NCBI GenBank assembly: GCA_963755915.1
Contig: CAVWLP010000002.1
Coordinates: forward strand, 800,001 to 864,000
Source of the DNA: an uncultured Phycisphaerales bacterium
GTDB lineage: Bacteria > Planctomycetota > Phycisphaerae > Tepidisphaerales > Tepidisphaeraceae
DNA: 64,000 nucleotides
Direction of reading: 5' to 3'
Part shown: positions 20,904-32,168 of the stretch, piece by piece
Layout of the letters: each line of letters opens with the position of its first letter
Position numbering within the stretch: the first letter of the stretch is position 1
Program-made: the position numbers and the translations under genes
The notes under the pieces: generated by a model
Told to the model about the DNA's origin: nothing
The model's database searches: none
Seen by the model: only the letters and a program-made list of their open reading frames with translations

Positions 20904-21641
20904 CTAGCTGATATTTGGGGTTTCGTTTGGGCGTTTGGAGAGAGCGGTCAGGGCGGTTGTGAGCTGATTCGCGTATTCGCGGGCGTCTTCGGAATTCTCC
21001 TCTCGCAGGGTTGTGATGGCCGAGTCAAAATCGCGGCGGGCTTGTGGATTCTCTGGGTCGGTGAGGAGATGGGTCAGGAGTAAATATCCGTCGAGCATTT
21101 GGGCGAGGAGGGGGTCATCCGTTTTAGCGGCGTGGGATTTGCCGGTGCGGAAGGAATTGGAGGCGGGGACAAACTCGGCGGCGGATAATTGGTGGGCGCC
21201 GAGGAGCCAGTGGGCTTTGGCCTTGGCTTTTTCGGGGCGGTTGAGCTCTTCGGCAAGGCGGAGGCTGAGCCGGGCGGCTTCGAGGCCGGCGGCGATAGCG
21301 GCGGGGGTGAGGGTGATGCCGGGCTCGGCCCAGCCGGGCCAGGTGAAGGAGCCGAGGTTGAAGGCGAGGGCCTTGGCGTGATTGCCGAAATGGTGGTCGC
21401 CGGACGATTGCTGATCGAGTTTCAGGAGGTGGGCGATGCCGGCGCCCGAGAGGGTGACGACGGCGGGGATGTCTTTGTGGGTCCAGTAGAGGTCAAGCTG
21501 GACGGTGGAGAGGGCCTCAGCGGCGCGCTGCGGATCGGAGGCGGCGAGGGAGGATTCGATCGCACGCGAATCTGCCTGGCGGGCGAGGGATTTCAGGGTT
21601 TCGATGAGTGGGTCGGGAGTTGGATCGGGGGGTGGGTGCAT
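20904..21641 (-). CDS. Hypothetical helical (TPR-like) protein
   Basis: 245-aa Ala/Leu-rich ORF with host-like codon use. Confidence 0.6.
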   Translation of the reverse strand: MHPPPDPTPDPLIETLKSLARQADSRAIESSLAASDPQRAAEALSTVQLDLYWTHKDIPAVVTLSGAGIAHLLKLDQQSSGDHHFGNHAKALAFNLGSFTWPGWAEPGITLTPAAIAAGLEAARLSLRLAEELNRPEKAKAKAHWLLGAHQLSAAEFVPASNSFRTGKSHAAKTDDPLLAQMLDGYLLLTHLLTDPENPQARRDFDSAITTLREENSEDAREYANQLTTALTALSKRPNETPNIS

Positions 21642-21712
21642 GGTTGATGCGGTGAGTGGATGATATCAAAAGGCGGTTTCGTGTTGCGACCTTTCTCCGT
21701 TGCGGCGAGGCG

Positions 21713-22234
21713 CTAGGTTTGTGCTTCGGCGGACCTGGCTCGCAGCGTGGATTGAAGCAGTTTGGCGCGCTCGACGTCGACGTTGGTTTTCAGGACGGTG
21801 CCCCCTTTGCCCTTCAGGCCGGCGAGGGTGGCGTCGAGGTTGCCGACGAGGTCGAGCATGAGGAGGGCGGAAGTGCCGGGTTTCAACATGGACTGGATTT
21901 CGTGGATGAATTTGTCGTCGATACCGACGGCCTGCGAGATGGGCGCTCCGGCGAGGCCGAGGATGTCGCCGACGGCGGTGCTGGTGAGCAAGGGGGCGGC
22001 GAGGGCGATGCCGACGAGGAAATCGAGGGGGGTGCCGGTGAGGAGGTTGCCGGCGGCGGGGAAGGGCTTGCGATCGAGGGCGCAGGATCCATCGGGGCTT
22101 CGGGTGAGAACGGCGAGGTCGAGAAGAAGAATATTCTGCACCGGGGCGGCGAGGGAAGTGATCTCGTTGCGGAGGCGCTCGGCGCCGGCAAGATCGTCGA
22201 ATCCGATGGCCCAGAGATGTGCGGACGTGGGCAT
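21713..22234 (-). CDS. DUF1269-like membrane protein
   Basis: GIDDKFIHEIQSMLKPGTSALL...GGTVLKTN C-terminal pattern. Confidence 0.75.
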   Translation of the reverse strand: MPTSAHLWAIGFDDLAGAERLRNEITSLAAPVQNILLLDLAVLTRSPDGSCALDRKPFPAAGNLLTGTPLDFLVGIALAAPLLTSTAVGDILGLAGAPISQAVGIDDKFIHEIQSMLKPGTSALLMLDLVGNLDATLAGLKGKGGTVLKTNVDVERAKLLQSTLRARSAEAQT

Positions 22235-22333
22235 TGGCTTACCTTCAGTGCATTGTAAGGCGCGTCGCGGCGCGTGCGAAGGAAAATCATGGAACCTTGC
22301 CGGACTGCGGCGACGCGAGTAGGTAGGGGTTTC

Positions 22334-23910
22334 ATGGAGCGATGTGCTGCGGTGATTCGTTTTGTGCTTGCCGCGATTGGATTGTGGGTGGGGAGCTCGC
22401 GGGCGTTGGGGACGATGCCTTACTTTGGGATTCGGGTGGTGGATGATCAGACGGGGCGCGGGGTGCCGCTGGTTTATTTGCGGACGACCTTTAAGGCGGA
22501 GTATGTGACGGATAGCGCGGGGTATGTGGCGTTTCTCGAGCCGGGATTGATGGATGGGGGGCAGGTCTGGTTTGAGGTGAGGAGCTGCGGGTATGAATCG
22601 CCGAAGGGGCTCTATGGGGTGGAGGGGGTGGGGCTGAAGCCGGAGGCGGGGAAGATGGCGGTGATCCGGATTAAGAGGACGGAGATTGCCCAGCGGCTAT
22701 ATCGGGTGACGGGGTATGGGATTTATCGGGACAGTGTTCTGCTGGGGATTGGGACGCCGATGGAGGAGCCGCTGCTGAATGCGCGGGTGACGGGGCAGGA
22801 TACGGTGCAGACGGCGGTTTATCGTGGGAAGTATTACTGGATGTGGCAGGATACGAGCCGGGTGGATTTTGGGCTGGGGGGATATTCGATGACGGGGGCG
22901 ATTGCTTCTGGCCTGCCGGGCCGGATCGATCCGGATCGGGGGATTGGGTTTGGCTACTTCGTCGATAAGGCCGGCGAGTTTGCCCGGCCGATGGCGGAGG
23001 TGGACCGGTCGGGGAAGAACCCGATCTGAGTGGATGGATTGATCGTGACGCGGGATGCCCAGGGGCGCGAGCGCTTGCTGGCGCGGTACGTGGCCGTCGA
23101 TTCGAAGATGAATCCCGTGGAAAGCGGGTTGGTGCTCTTCAATGACGAGAAGCAGGTGTTCCAACAGTTTTTGAAGTTTGAAGGAACCGGCAAAGGCACG
23201 CTTGCGCCAGCGGGCATCCGTTTCGGGTGATGGATGGGGGCAAACCCTATGTTTATTTCAATGAGCGGGTAAGAGTGGAAGACAGCTTTGAGGCGGTGAG
23301 CGATCCGAGGGCGTATGAGACGTTTACTTGTTTGACGAGCGATGACGGCGAGGAAGTTGATCGGGATTCGTCCGGGAAGGTGAGGTGGGCGTGGAGGAAG
23401 GATTGCAAGGAGCTGAATGAGAAGCGGCAGGAGGAGCTCGTGAAAGCGGGGAAGCTGGGGCGGGAGGAGCTGCCGGTGGATTTTGTGAATGTGGAGAATG
23501 GGAAGGGGATAAAAAAGGGGCCGGGGTCGATCGCGTGGAATCCGTATCTGGGGAAGTGGACAGAGATTTTTCAGGAATTGGACGGGGCGACCGCGGCGGG
23601 GGAGATCTGGTTTGCGACGGCCAATGCGCCGGAGGGGCCGTGGCGGTTTGCGCGGAAAGTGGCGACGCATTTTATGGCGGGGAATTCGAACGATTTTTAC
23701 AATCCGGTTCAGCATCCGGAGCTGGCGCGGGAGGGGGGAAGGGTGATTTATTTTGAGGGGACGTTTGTGAATACGTTTTCGGGAAATCCGCATCCGACGG
23801 GGTATTATGATTACAATAATTTGATGTATCGGGTGGATCTGGGGGATGAGAGGATGAAGCTGCCGGAGCCGGGGGTGGGGTTGACGGGGGTGAAACCGCT
23901 GGGTCCTTAA
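22334..23910 (+). CDS. Secreted hypothetical protein with an in-frame TGA at 23027 and a frameshift near 23213
   Basis: Signal peptide, VVDDQTGRGVPLV, YRVTGYGIYRD; three ORF-track pieces join into one protein. Confidence 0.7.
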
Positions 23911-24120
23911 ATGGCATGATGATGGGGGACAATAGAAGAAGATTTTTTTCGGTTGCGGTTTGTGTGACGAGGGGAAGGCGGTGTCTCGAATATGCGAACG
24001 CGGTTCCGCTGCGAGAGCACGGGGCTGCCCCGGCGACGTTCGGTGCGGCCTTTAGGGGTTGGACGTGATGGCGTGAAGTAACCGGGGCCAGTTGATATCA
24101 GCAGCAATGGAGACGAAATC

Positions 24121-24914
24121 ATGAGCGACAAAACGAAAATAGAGGAAGAATTTACGGGGCAGGTGATTGACGAAAGCGCGGCGGCGCCGGCGGTGGTGGA
24201 TCGGGCGGCGTTTGAGGCCCAACTGGCCCTGCTGCGGGAGCGCGAGAAGGCGCATTCGCGGGCGGGGGATGCGATCGCGGCGGCGCGGCGGCTGCTGCCG
24301 ATGGTGGAAGTGGATGGCGGCATTACCGTAACCGGGCCGAAGGGGGAAGTGACGCTGATGGATGTGTTTGAGGGGCGGCGGCAGCTCATCGTTTATTACT
24401 ACATGTGGTTTGAGGGGCGGCCGGCGCGGCAGCAGTGCGAGGGGTGTTCGTTTTATACGTCGCAGGTGAGGGAGTTGTCGTTCATTCATTCGCGGGATGT
24501 GACGTATGCGACGTTTTGCCAGGGGCCGTATGAGCAGAGCGAGCGATATCGGAAGTTCATGGGGTTTGAGATGCCGTGGTATTCGGCACAGGGGGATTCG
24601 CTGAATAAGCTGCTGATCGGGAGGAAGGTGGGGATGATGCATCTGGTTTGTTATCTGCGAAGGGGATCGAAAGTTTTTGAGACGTATTGGACGACGCGGC
24701 GCGGGTGGAGGCGATGGATAACAGTTACCGGCTGCTGGACCTGACGGTGTATGGGAGACAGGAGAAGTGGGAGGATTCACCGGAGGGGTGGCCGAAGTTG
24801 CCGAAGGGGGTGCATCCGTATCGAACGGGCGGGCGGCCAATCGTGCAGTGGGCGCGGGTGAGGGCGGGGCACAATGAGGATTTAGGCGCGGGCGCGGCGG
24901 GGAGCAGGGTGTAA
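24121..24914 (+). CDS. DUF899 (thioredoxin-like) protein (frameshift near 24700)
   Basis: RRLLPMVEV, DVFEGRRQLIVY, CEGCS, LDLTVYGRQE. Confidence 0.85.
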
Positions 24915-25076
24915 GGTGATGTCATGGGGAGGTAGAAAATTATTGAGAGGAAAGTAGGAAACGCCCCCCACTCTAACCCTCCCCGCGTGCGCGAGAGAGT
25001 AGAACAGTAGAGAGTGGAAAATAGAAAAACAAAATTCCCAAGCCTGTGGGCGGGGGAATGAAGAAGGAGACAGGTT

Positions 25077-25841
25077 ATGCAGCACAAAACAGCCAGTCGA
25101 GAGCAGTGGCTTGCCGAGCGGGTCCAATTGCTGAAGGAAGAGAAAGAGCTGACGCGGCGGAGCGACGAAGTGGCGCGCAAACGGCAGGAGTTGCCGTGGG
25201 TGCGAGTGGAAAAGCAGTACAGCTTCGAAACGGACAAGGGGAAGGCTTCACTGGCAGATCTTTTTCGCGGGCGCTCGCAGCTGATGGTTTATCATTTCAT
25301 GTTTGGGCCGGATTATGAGGCGGGGTGCCCGCACTGCACGGCGATTGCGGACTGCTTCAATGGGTTTTGGGTTCACCTGGCGAACCATGACGTGATGCTG
25401 TGGGCGGTATCGCGGGCGCCGCTGGAGAAGCTTGCGGGGTACAAAAAGCGGATGGGATGGACGTTTCCGTGGGCATCATCGGCGAGCGGCGACTTCAACT
25501 ACGACTTCAACGTTTCGTTTACTGAGGAGCAGCAGCGGAAGGGGACCGGCCAGTATAATTATGTGAAAAGTGCGGAGAGCTTTGCGGACTTGAAAAAGCC
25601 GCCGTCGGAATTCGCAAAGGAGATCGCGGCCAGCGCGGGAACGGATTGGGGGACGTTTACGCGGGAGGCGCCGGGGATGAGCGCCTTTGCGATGGAAGAT
25701 GGGGGTGTCTATCACACGTATTCAACTTACGCGCGGGGATTGGACGGGCTTTGGGGGATTTATCAGTGGCTGGACCGCGCTCCGAAGGGGCGCAATGAGA
25801 AAGGTTTCTGGATGCGGCGGCATGATGAGTATGGAAGTTGA
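25077..25841 (+). CDS. DUF899 (thioredoxin-like) protein
   Basis: RQELPWV, DLFRGRSQLMVYHFMFGP, CPHC, YHTYSTYARG, LDRAPKGR. Confidence 0.9.
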   Translation: MQHKTASREQWLAERVQLLKEEKELTRRSDEVARKRQELPWVRVEKQYSFETDKGKASLADLFRGRSQLMVYHFMFGPDYEAGCPHCTAIADCFNGFWVHLANHDVMLWAVSRAPLEKLAGYKKRMGWTFPWASSASGDFNYDFNVSFTEEQQRKGTGQYNYVKSAESFADLKKPPSEFAKEIAASAGTDWGTFTREAPGMSAFAMEDGGVYHTYSTYARGLDGLWGIYQWLDRAPKGRNEKGFWMRRHDEYGS

Positions 25842-26124
25842 TGGGGGGACTTTTTTAGTTTGGTTAAGAGAAATTAGTTTGTGTTAAGGATGGGCGCGGC
25901 AAGGGGCTTGCCGCGGGGGACGATATTTGAAGGCGCGGGCTTTGGTCGGGTTAGGTTTTGGGGTCCGTAATAGGTGATTTCTCCTACGGGCAAATAGTGT
26001 CTAAAGATCATGGCGGGCGAGCTTGGCCGGCGGTCCACTGTGGGGGATTTTCGCGAGGCGCGGGATTATCTGCGTCGTGAGTGAGACTTTTGGAGATAAA
26101 TTTATGAGTCGTTCGACGTCGAAA

Positions 26125-26153
26125 TTGACACCCATTTCGGTCGTTTCTATACT
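26125..26153 (+). promoter_or_regulatory. Sigma70-type promoter of ppdK
   Basis: TTGACA, 17 nt, TATACT, about 70 nt upstream of the ATG. Confidence 0.75.
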
Positions 26154-26220
26154 GCCCGGCTCGACTAATGGAAACAAGTTTTCGCCCGGAAAAACCGGGA
26201 TATTTTGCGGAGATAGTATC

Positions 26221-28936
26221 ATGCCGAAAGTTATGTCTAAACCGTCTAAGAAATCGAAGAGCGCCAAGTCTGTTAAGGCAGTGAAGCGGGTTTATTTTTT
26301 TGGGAATGGGAAGGCTGAGGGCGGGGCGCATTTTAAGGATTTGCTGGGGGGCAAAGGGGCGAACCTTGCGGATATGACGCTGGTTCCGCTGCCGGTGCCG
26401 GCGGGGTTTACGATTACGACGGAAACTTGCGGGGAGTACAACGATCTGGGGCAGAAGCTGCCGAAGGGGACGATGCAGGAAGTTGAAAGCAACCTGGCGC
26501 GGCTGGAGAAGGCGACGGGGAAGAGCTTTGGCGATCCGGAAAATCCGCTGCTGGTGTCGGTGAGGTCGGGGGCGAAGGTTTCGATGCCGGGGATGATGGA
26601 TACGGTGCTGAACATTGGGCTTAACGACGAAGTCGTCGAGGGGTTGGCGCGTCTCACCGGCAACGAGCGGTTTGCGTATGACAGCTATCGGCGGCTGATC
26701 AATATGTTTGGGGATACGGTGATGGGGGTGGACCATCATCATTTCGAGACGGAGCTTTCGGCCGTCAAGAACGCGCGCGGGGCGAAGCTGGATACCGATC
26801 TGGACACCGGCGGTCTGAAGGAAGTGGTGGAGAGGTATAAGAGGATTTATGCGCAGATCGTGGGGGATGAGTTTCCGCAGGACCCGCTGGTGCAGCTCGA
26901 GCATGCCATCGAAGCGGTGTTCAAGAGTTGGATGGGAGACCGGGCGATCAAGTATCGCGAGCTGAACGACATTCACGGGTTGCGCGGGACGGCGGTGAAC
27001 GTGCAGTCGATGGTGTATGGGAATATGGGGGATGACTCGGCGACGGGCGTGGCGTTTACGCGGAATCCATCGACCGGGGAGAACCGGTTTTATGGGGAGT
27101 TCCTGGTGAATGCGCAGGGGGAGGACGTGGTGGCGGGGATTCGTACGCCGCTGGATTGCCAGACGGAGATGGGGAAGTGGTCGACCAAGAGCTGGAAGGA
27201 ATTGCTGAAGGTAAAAGAGACGCTGGAGAAGCGATATAAAGACGTGCAGGATTTCGAGTTCACGATTGAGAAGGGGAAGCTGTACATGCTGCAGACGCGC
27301 AACGGGAAGCGCACGGCAGCGGCGGCGGTGCAGATCGCCGTGGACATGGTGAAGGAGCGGCTGATCGACGAGAAGACGGGGGTGCTGCGGGTGGATCCGG
27401 CGAGTCTGGATCAGCTTCTGCACCCGACGTTTGATCCGAAGGCGGATAAGAAGGTTTTGACGAGGGGTCTGCCGGCGTCGCCGGGGGCGGCGACGGGGAA
27501 GATCGCGTTTAGCGCGGAAGAGGCGGAGAATCGGGTGGCGAATGGGGAGAAGATTATTCTGGTTCGGCGCGAGACGGAGCCGGCGGATATCGGGGGGATG
27601 CACGTTTCGGAAGGGATTTTGACGAGCACGGGGGGGATGACGTCGCACGCGGCGGTGGTGGCGCGGGGGATGGGAACGCCGTGCGTGGCGGGAGCGGGAG
27701 CGGTGGTGATCGACCAGGCGACCCGGCAGGTGAAGATCGGCGACGTGACGCTGGGGCCGGAATAGTTTCATCAGCATCGACGGGGGAACGGGCGAGGTGA
27801 TGGAAGGCTCGGTGCCGACGGTGGACGCGACGTTGTCGGGGCCGTTTGGGACGATCATGAAATGGGCGGACAAGTATCGGACGCTGAAGATTCGGACCAA
27901 CGGCGACACACCGACGGATGCGAAGGTGGCGCGCGGGTTTGGTGCACAGGGGATCGGGCTTTGCCGGACGGAGCATATGTTTTTCGATCCGGAGCGGATT
28001 CATCACATGCGGGAGATGATCCTGGCGACAAATACGGAAACGCGCAAGCTTGCGCTGGCGAAGCTGCTGCCGTATCAGCGGGATGATTTCGTTCAGATTT
28101 ATCGGGAGATGGATGGGTTGCCGGTGACAATTCGGCTGCTTGACCCGCCGCTGCATGAATTTTTGCCGCACAGCGAGAAGGACCAGCAGGAGCTGGCGAA
28201 GAGTTTGGGGCTTAGCCTGGAGCAGGTGAAGGCCCGGGTGACGCAGCTTCACGAGTCGAACCCGATGCTGGGGCATCGCGGGGATCGGCTGGCGGTCACG
28301 TATCCGGAAATTCTGGAGATGCAGGTGCGGGCGATCATCGAGGCGGCGTGCCTGGTGAAGAAGGAAGGGGTGAAGGTTTTGCCGGAGATCATGATCCCGC
28401 TGGCGGGAACGAAGAAGGAACTGGATTATCTGAAGAAGTACACGGTCGAGACGGCGCAGAGCGTGATCAAGGAGCAGGGCGTGAAGCTGGACTGGCTGTA
28501 TGGAACGATGATCGAAGTTCCGCGAGCGGCAGTCACGGCCGATGAGATTGCGCAGACGGCGGAATTTTTCAGCTTTGGGACCAATGACCTGACGCAGATG
28601 ACGTTTGGGTATAGCCGGGATGATGTGAACAGCTTTTTGCCGGATTATCTGAAGAAGGAAATCCTGGAGCGCGATCCGTTCCAGACGCTGGATGTGGGAG
28701 GCGTTGGGCAGCTCATCGAGATGGCGGTTCGGAAGGGGCGGAGCGTGCGGCCGGATTTGAAGTGCGGGATTTGCGGGGAGCATGGCGGGGATCCGAAGAG
28801 CGTGCATTTCTGCCATAAGGTGGGACTGGATTATGTGAGCTGCTCGCCGTATCGGGTGCCGATTGCGCGGTTGGCGGCGGCGCATGCGGCGATATTGGGG
28901 GAGGGGAAGCCGGGGGCGAGGAATGGGAGGAAGTGA
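26221..28936 (+). CDS. ppdK: Pyruvate, phosphate dikinase (one +1 indel near 27760)
   Basis: LLGGKGANLA, SMPGMMDT, GGMTSHAAVVARG, GLCRTEHMF, FSFGTNDLTQ, GICGEHGG. Confidence 0.96.
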
Positions 28937-29028
28937 TTGCTGGGTGAAGTCGTCTCCAATGGAGAACTCTGTTCCAGGCACATGAGGGCCGGACACTTTT
29001 TTTGAGTTCGGAGGCGAAGCGCCTAGCT

Positions 29029-29150
29029 TTTTTTAAACGCAAATTCAAATGCAATGCAGGAGGGGCGGGAAGAACCATATAGGGCCCCAAAAGTTTCTTC
29101 CCGCCCCTCCCGCACCCTCCCCACCCATCTCCTTTTCCCCTCAACCGCCC
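29029..29150 (+). repeat. Third copy of the ~130-bp dispersed repeat
   Basis: TTTTAAACGCAAATTCAAATGCAATGCAGGAGGGGCG...CCTTTTCCCCTCAACCG closely matches the reverse complement of 13206-13328. Confidence 0.85.
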
Positions 29151-29243
29151 CTCGAAAATGCGTCTGGAAAATTCGCCTCGCGATCGCTTGCTGCCCGTGC
29201 GCAAACGCGCGGGTCGGCCATCTGATGTATTTCGGGGGCGTCT

Positions 29244-30056
29244 TCAGGTTTTCAAATGCATTGCGAAATCTGATTTGAAGCCGAGGGTTTCGTAGAAGCC
29301 AGGCTTGTAGGTGAAGAGTCCGACGAAGGCGCCGGGCGGGGCGGTGGCGCGGATCCAGGTGAGTGCGGTTTCGAGCATTGAGGCGCCGATGTGCTGGTTC
29401 TGGTGGGAGGGGTTTACAACGACATCCCAGAGGGTGAAGGCCTGCACGCCGTCGCCCACGATGCGGAGCATGCCGACGGTTTGGGGGTTCTCTGGGTCGG
29501 AGATGTCGATGGCGACGATACCGTGGAGGGAGCCTTTCAGGGCGGTGGGGATGGTTGCGGGGTTTCGAGTCCAGTTGACGGAGCGGGTAAGGGCGAGGTG
29601 CTCGTCGGGGGTGGGGAGGCGCTGTTGGATCAGGATGTGGGGCGGGAGGGAATCCAGGGCGTTTGGGGGTCGCTCGAATTTTACCGGGCCGGCGAAACGG
29701 AGGTGATATCCGTTGAGGTCGCGGATTGTGTATTCGCAGAGGCCCCAGGGTTTGTTTTCGAGGGGGGAAATGATTTCAGCGCCATTGCCTGCGTGCGATT
29801 TGTGGAATTCATCGACGGCGGTTACGAAGAAGAAATATTGCGTTCCGGCGGCGCGGCGGGCGAGGTCGGGGTTGAGACCAAACTGGATTTGAGTTTTATC
29901 GCGTCGGACGGCGCCGTGGGTGGGCGGGTTCTGCCAGAGAAAGTCGCGCTCGAAACCAAGGACACGGGTGTAATATTGGACCGCGGCCAGGACATCGGGG
30001 ACGGCGAGGATGGGGGAGAGGGCGTCAATTCTGGGAGGGTTTTTCGGATCGGGCAT
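29244..30056 (-). CDS. VOC/glyoxalase plus GNAT acetyltransferase fusion
   Basis: YYTRVLGF, PWGLCEYTIRDLNG; then DVVVNPSHQNQHIG and FYETLGF. Confidence 0.85.
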   Translation of the reverse strand: MPDPKNPPRIDALSPILAVPDVLAAVQYYTRVLGFERDFLWQNPPTHGAVRRDKTQIQFGLNPDLARRAAGTQYFFFVTAVDEFHKSHAGNGAEIISPLENKPWGLCEYTIRDLNGYHLRFAGPVKFERPPNALDSLPPHILIQQRLPTPDEHLALTRSVNWTRNPATIPTALKGSLHGIVAIDISDPENPQTVGMLRIVGDGVQAFTLWDVVVNPSHQNQHIGASMLETALTWIRATAPPGAFVGLFTYKPGFYETLGFKSDFAMHLKT

Positions 30057-31110
30057 GGGGGGTTCCGAGATGACGGGTGAAGAAGCGGGTCCAGTTTTCG
30101 CTCATGATGTCGATGATGTCTTCGTCAACGAAGCCGGCAGTTGAGAGGGCGTCGCCGACGCGATGGAGGTCGGCACTGGTTTGGATTTCTGTGGGGATTT
30201 CGTTTCGGCCGAGGCCGCCGTCCATGTCGGTGCCGAGGCCGACGAAGGCGGCGCTGCCGGTGAGGTCGCAGATGTGTTTGATGTGATTGGTCACGTCTCT
30301 GAGATTGGCGGGGCGATTTTTCAGCTCGTCGGGCGGGACGAGAAATTGGTTGAAGAAGTTGATGCCGATCATTCCGCTGCGCTCGGCGATGGCGCGGATC
30401 ATGTCATCGGAGAGTTGGCGGATTCCGGGGACGATCGCGCGGCAGTTGGAGTGGGAGGCGATGATGGGGGCGTCGCCGGTGATTTCCAGCAGACGCCAGA
30501 AGGATTCATCCGCGAGGTGGGAGGCGTCGTGGATGATGCCCAGGGAGTCGAGGGTTTTGACGATTTGCTCGCCGGCGGGAGTAAGGGGACCGGGTTTTGA
30601 GTTTCCGCCGGCGTAGCCGGTGCCTTCTTTCCAGGTGAGGCCGACGATGCGGACGCCCTTGTCATAAAACCATTGCGCAGTCTTGGGAATTTCGAATCGG
30701 GTCCGCGCCTTCCATGAGGATGATGGCTTGCGTTGCGGGCGGGCCCCCACCCCTACCCTCCCCCGGAGTACCAGGGGAGGGGGAAACGCGCGGATCTCGT
30801 CTGGTTGGTGAATGAGATGAATTCTGGCCTCGGCTTGCTGGGATTCGTACCACTGGAGCTGTGCGATGGCGGCGGCGTGGGCTTCGTCCGGGGTTGTGTA
30901 GCCGGATTTGTCGTCGTATTTGGGGAGGCAAAAGATCGTTGCGCAGATGAGGTCGACGTGGCCTTCGCGGAGGTCGGGGAGGCCGACGGTTGGGATGCCG
31001 CCTTCGTCGGGCTTTTGGTCGCGGGCGGGGAGATGGACTGGTCGGCCGAGGATGGCGTTGTCGGCGAGGTCGAGATGGGCGTCTACGATGGTGAGTTTTT
31101 TGTCTGTCAT
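30025..31110 (-). CDS. Membrane dipeptidase (M19) family; two compensating indels near 30680 and 30740
   Basis: IVDAHLD, ILMEGAD (alternative frame), DASH, ASHSN, GLGTDMDG. Confidence 0.88.
   Translation of the reverse strand: MTDKKLTIVDAHLDLADNAILGRPVHLPARDQKPDEGGIPTVGLPDLREGHVDLICATIFCLPKYDDKSGYTTPDEAHAAAIAQLQWYESQQAEARIHLIHQPDEIRAFPPPLVLRGRVGVGARPQRKPSSSWKARTRFEIPKTAQWFYDKGVRIVGLTWKEGTGYAGGNSKPGPLTPAGEQIVKTLDSLGIIHDASHLADESFWRLLEITGDAPIIASHSNCRAIVPGIRQLSDDMIRAIAERSGMIGINFFNQFLVPPDELKNRPANLRDVTNHIKHICDLTGSAAFVGLGTDMDGGLGRNEIPTEIQTSADLHRVGDALSTAGFVDEDIIDIMSENWTRFFTRHLGTPHARSEKPSQN
30743..30785. repeat. REP-like palindrome inside the dipeptidase CDS
   Basis: CCCCCACCCCTACCCTCCCCCGG-AGTA-CCAGGGGAGGGGG; 28 nt identical to 35720-35747. 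Confidence 0.85.
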
Positions 31111-32111
31111 GAGTCACGCAGGGCTTTAAGGTGCCGGACGAGGCTTCGGGAGAGGGCGCCGAGATGGTAGCCCCCTTCCAGGGTGCTGACGATCTGGCCG
31201 TGGCAGTGGACGGAGGCGACGTCGCTTAGCATTTTGGTGATGGTTTCGAAGCCGTCGTCGGTGAGGTCGACTTTGGCGAGGGGGTCATCCGTGTGGGCGT
31301 CGAAGCCGGCGGAGATGAGGAGGATTTCGGGGCGGAAGGCGTCGAGGGTGGGGACGATTTTGGATTCGAATTCGACGTGGTAGTCGGCGTCGGTGGCGCC
31401 GGGGTTCATCGGGATGTTGAGGGTTGATCCGACAGCGCGGCCTTCGCCGGTCTCCCAGGCGAAGCCGGTGCCGGGGTAGCAGGTTTCGGGGTGCTGGTGG
31501 ATGCTGATGAAGAGGACGGAGGGGTCTTCGAGGAAGGCGGCCTGGGTGCCGTTGCCGTGATGGACGTCGAAATCGACGATGGCGACGCGACCGACGCCGT
31601 GGCGTTTCTGGAGATATCGGGCAGCGATGGCGATGTTGGAGAAGAGGCAGAAGCCCATGGGGTTGGTGGGCTCGGCGTGGTGGCCCGGGGGTCGGACGGC
31701 GGCGAAGGCGCGGGTGGCGCGGCCGGTGACGACGGCGTCGCAGCAAGTGAGGACGGCGCCGCAGGAGAGGAGGGCTACATCATAGCTGCGCGGGCAGACA
31801 GGGGTGTCGCCGAGATCGAGAACCCCCCCACCGCTGTGGCAGAGGTGGCGGATTTTTTCGATGTGGGCGTGATCGTGGACGAGGAGGATGGCTTCGAGGT
31901 CGGCGCGGGTGGGGGTGAGCTCGAGGAGTTTGGGGCCGCCGATGGGTTGGATGTTAAAGCTGGGGGAGAAATCGGGGAAGGGGTTGGGGGAATCGATGAG
32001 GCCGGCCTGGCGAACGGCGTGGGCGATGGCGCGGATTCGGTCGGGGCGCTCGGGATGGTATTCGCCGGTGATGTGCTGGACGAACGTGGGGCTGGAGCAG
32101 AAGGCGAGCAT
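31107..32111 (-). CDS. Histone deacetylase family protein
   Basis: HPERPDR, RPPGHHA, GFCLF, DFDVHHGNGT, SAGFDAH, LEGGY. Confidence 0.95.
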   Translation of the reverse strand: MLAFCSSPTFVQHITGEYHPERPDRIRAIAHAVRQAGLIDSPNPFPDFSPSFNIQPIGGPKLLELTPTRADLEAILLVHDHAHIEKIRHLCHSGGGVLDLGDTPVCPRSYDVALLSCGAVLTCCDAVVTGRATRAFAAVRPPGHHAEPTNPMGFCLFSNIAIAARYLQKRHGVGRVAIVDFDVHHGNGTQAAFLEDPSVLFISIHQHPETCYPGTGFAWETGEGRAVGSTLNIPMNPGATDADYHVEFESKIVPTLDAFRPEILLISAGFDAHTDDPLAKVDLTDDGFETITKMLSDVASVHCHGQIVSTLEGGYHLGALSRSLVRHLKALRDS

Positions 32112-32168
32112 TGTTGGGGTTTTGAAATTCCCCACGGCAGCGCCGTGGGCGTTCCGGGAATATGCGGT

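Noticed and set aside
23027-23029. Selenocysteine or UGA=Trp genetic code
   Set aside because: The context suggests Trp rather than Cys, it is a single case, and TGA terminates many clear genes in the window.
27763-27765. TAG readthrough or pyrrolysine in ppdK
   Set aside because: The downstream half is in a different frame; removing one G gives GPNSFISIDG.
26008-28996. Long antisense ORFs over ppdK and similar shadow ORFs elsewhere
   Set aside because: Expected from high-GC codon bias opposite real genes; no recognisable motifs.
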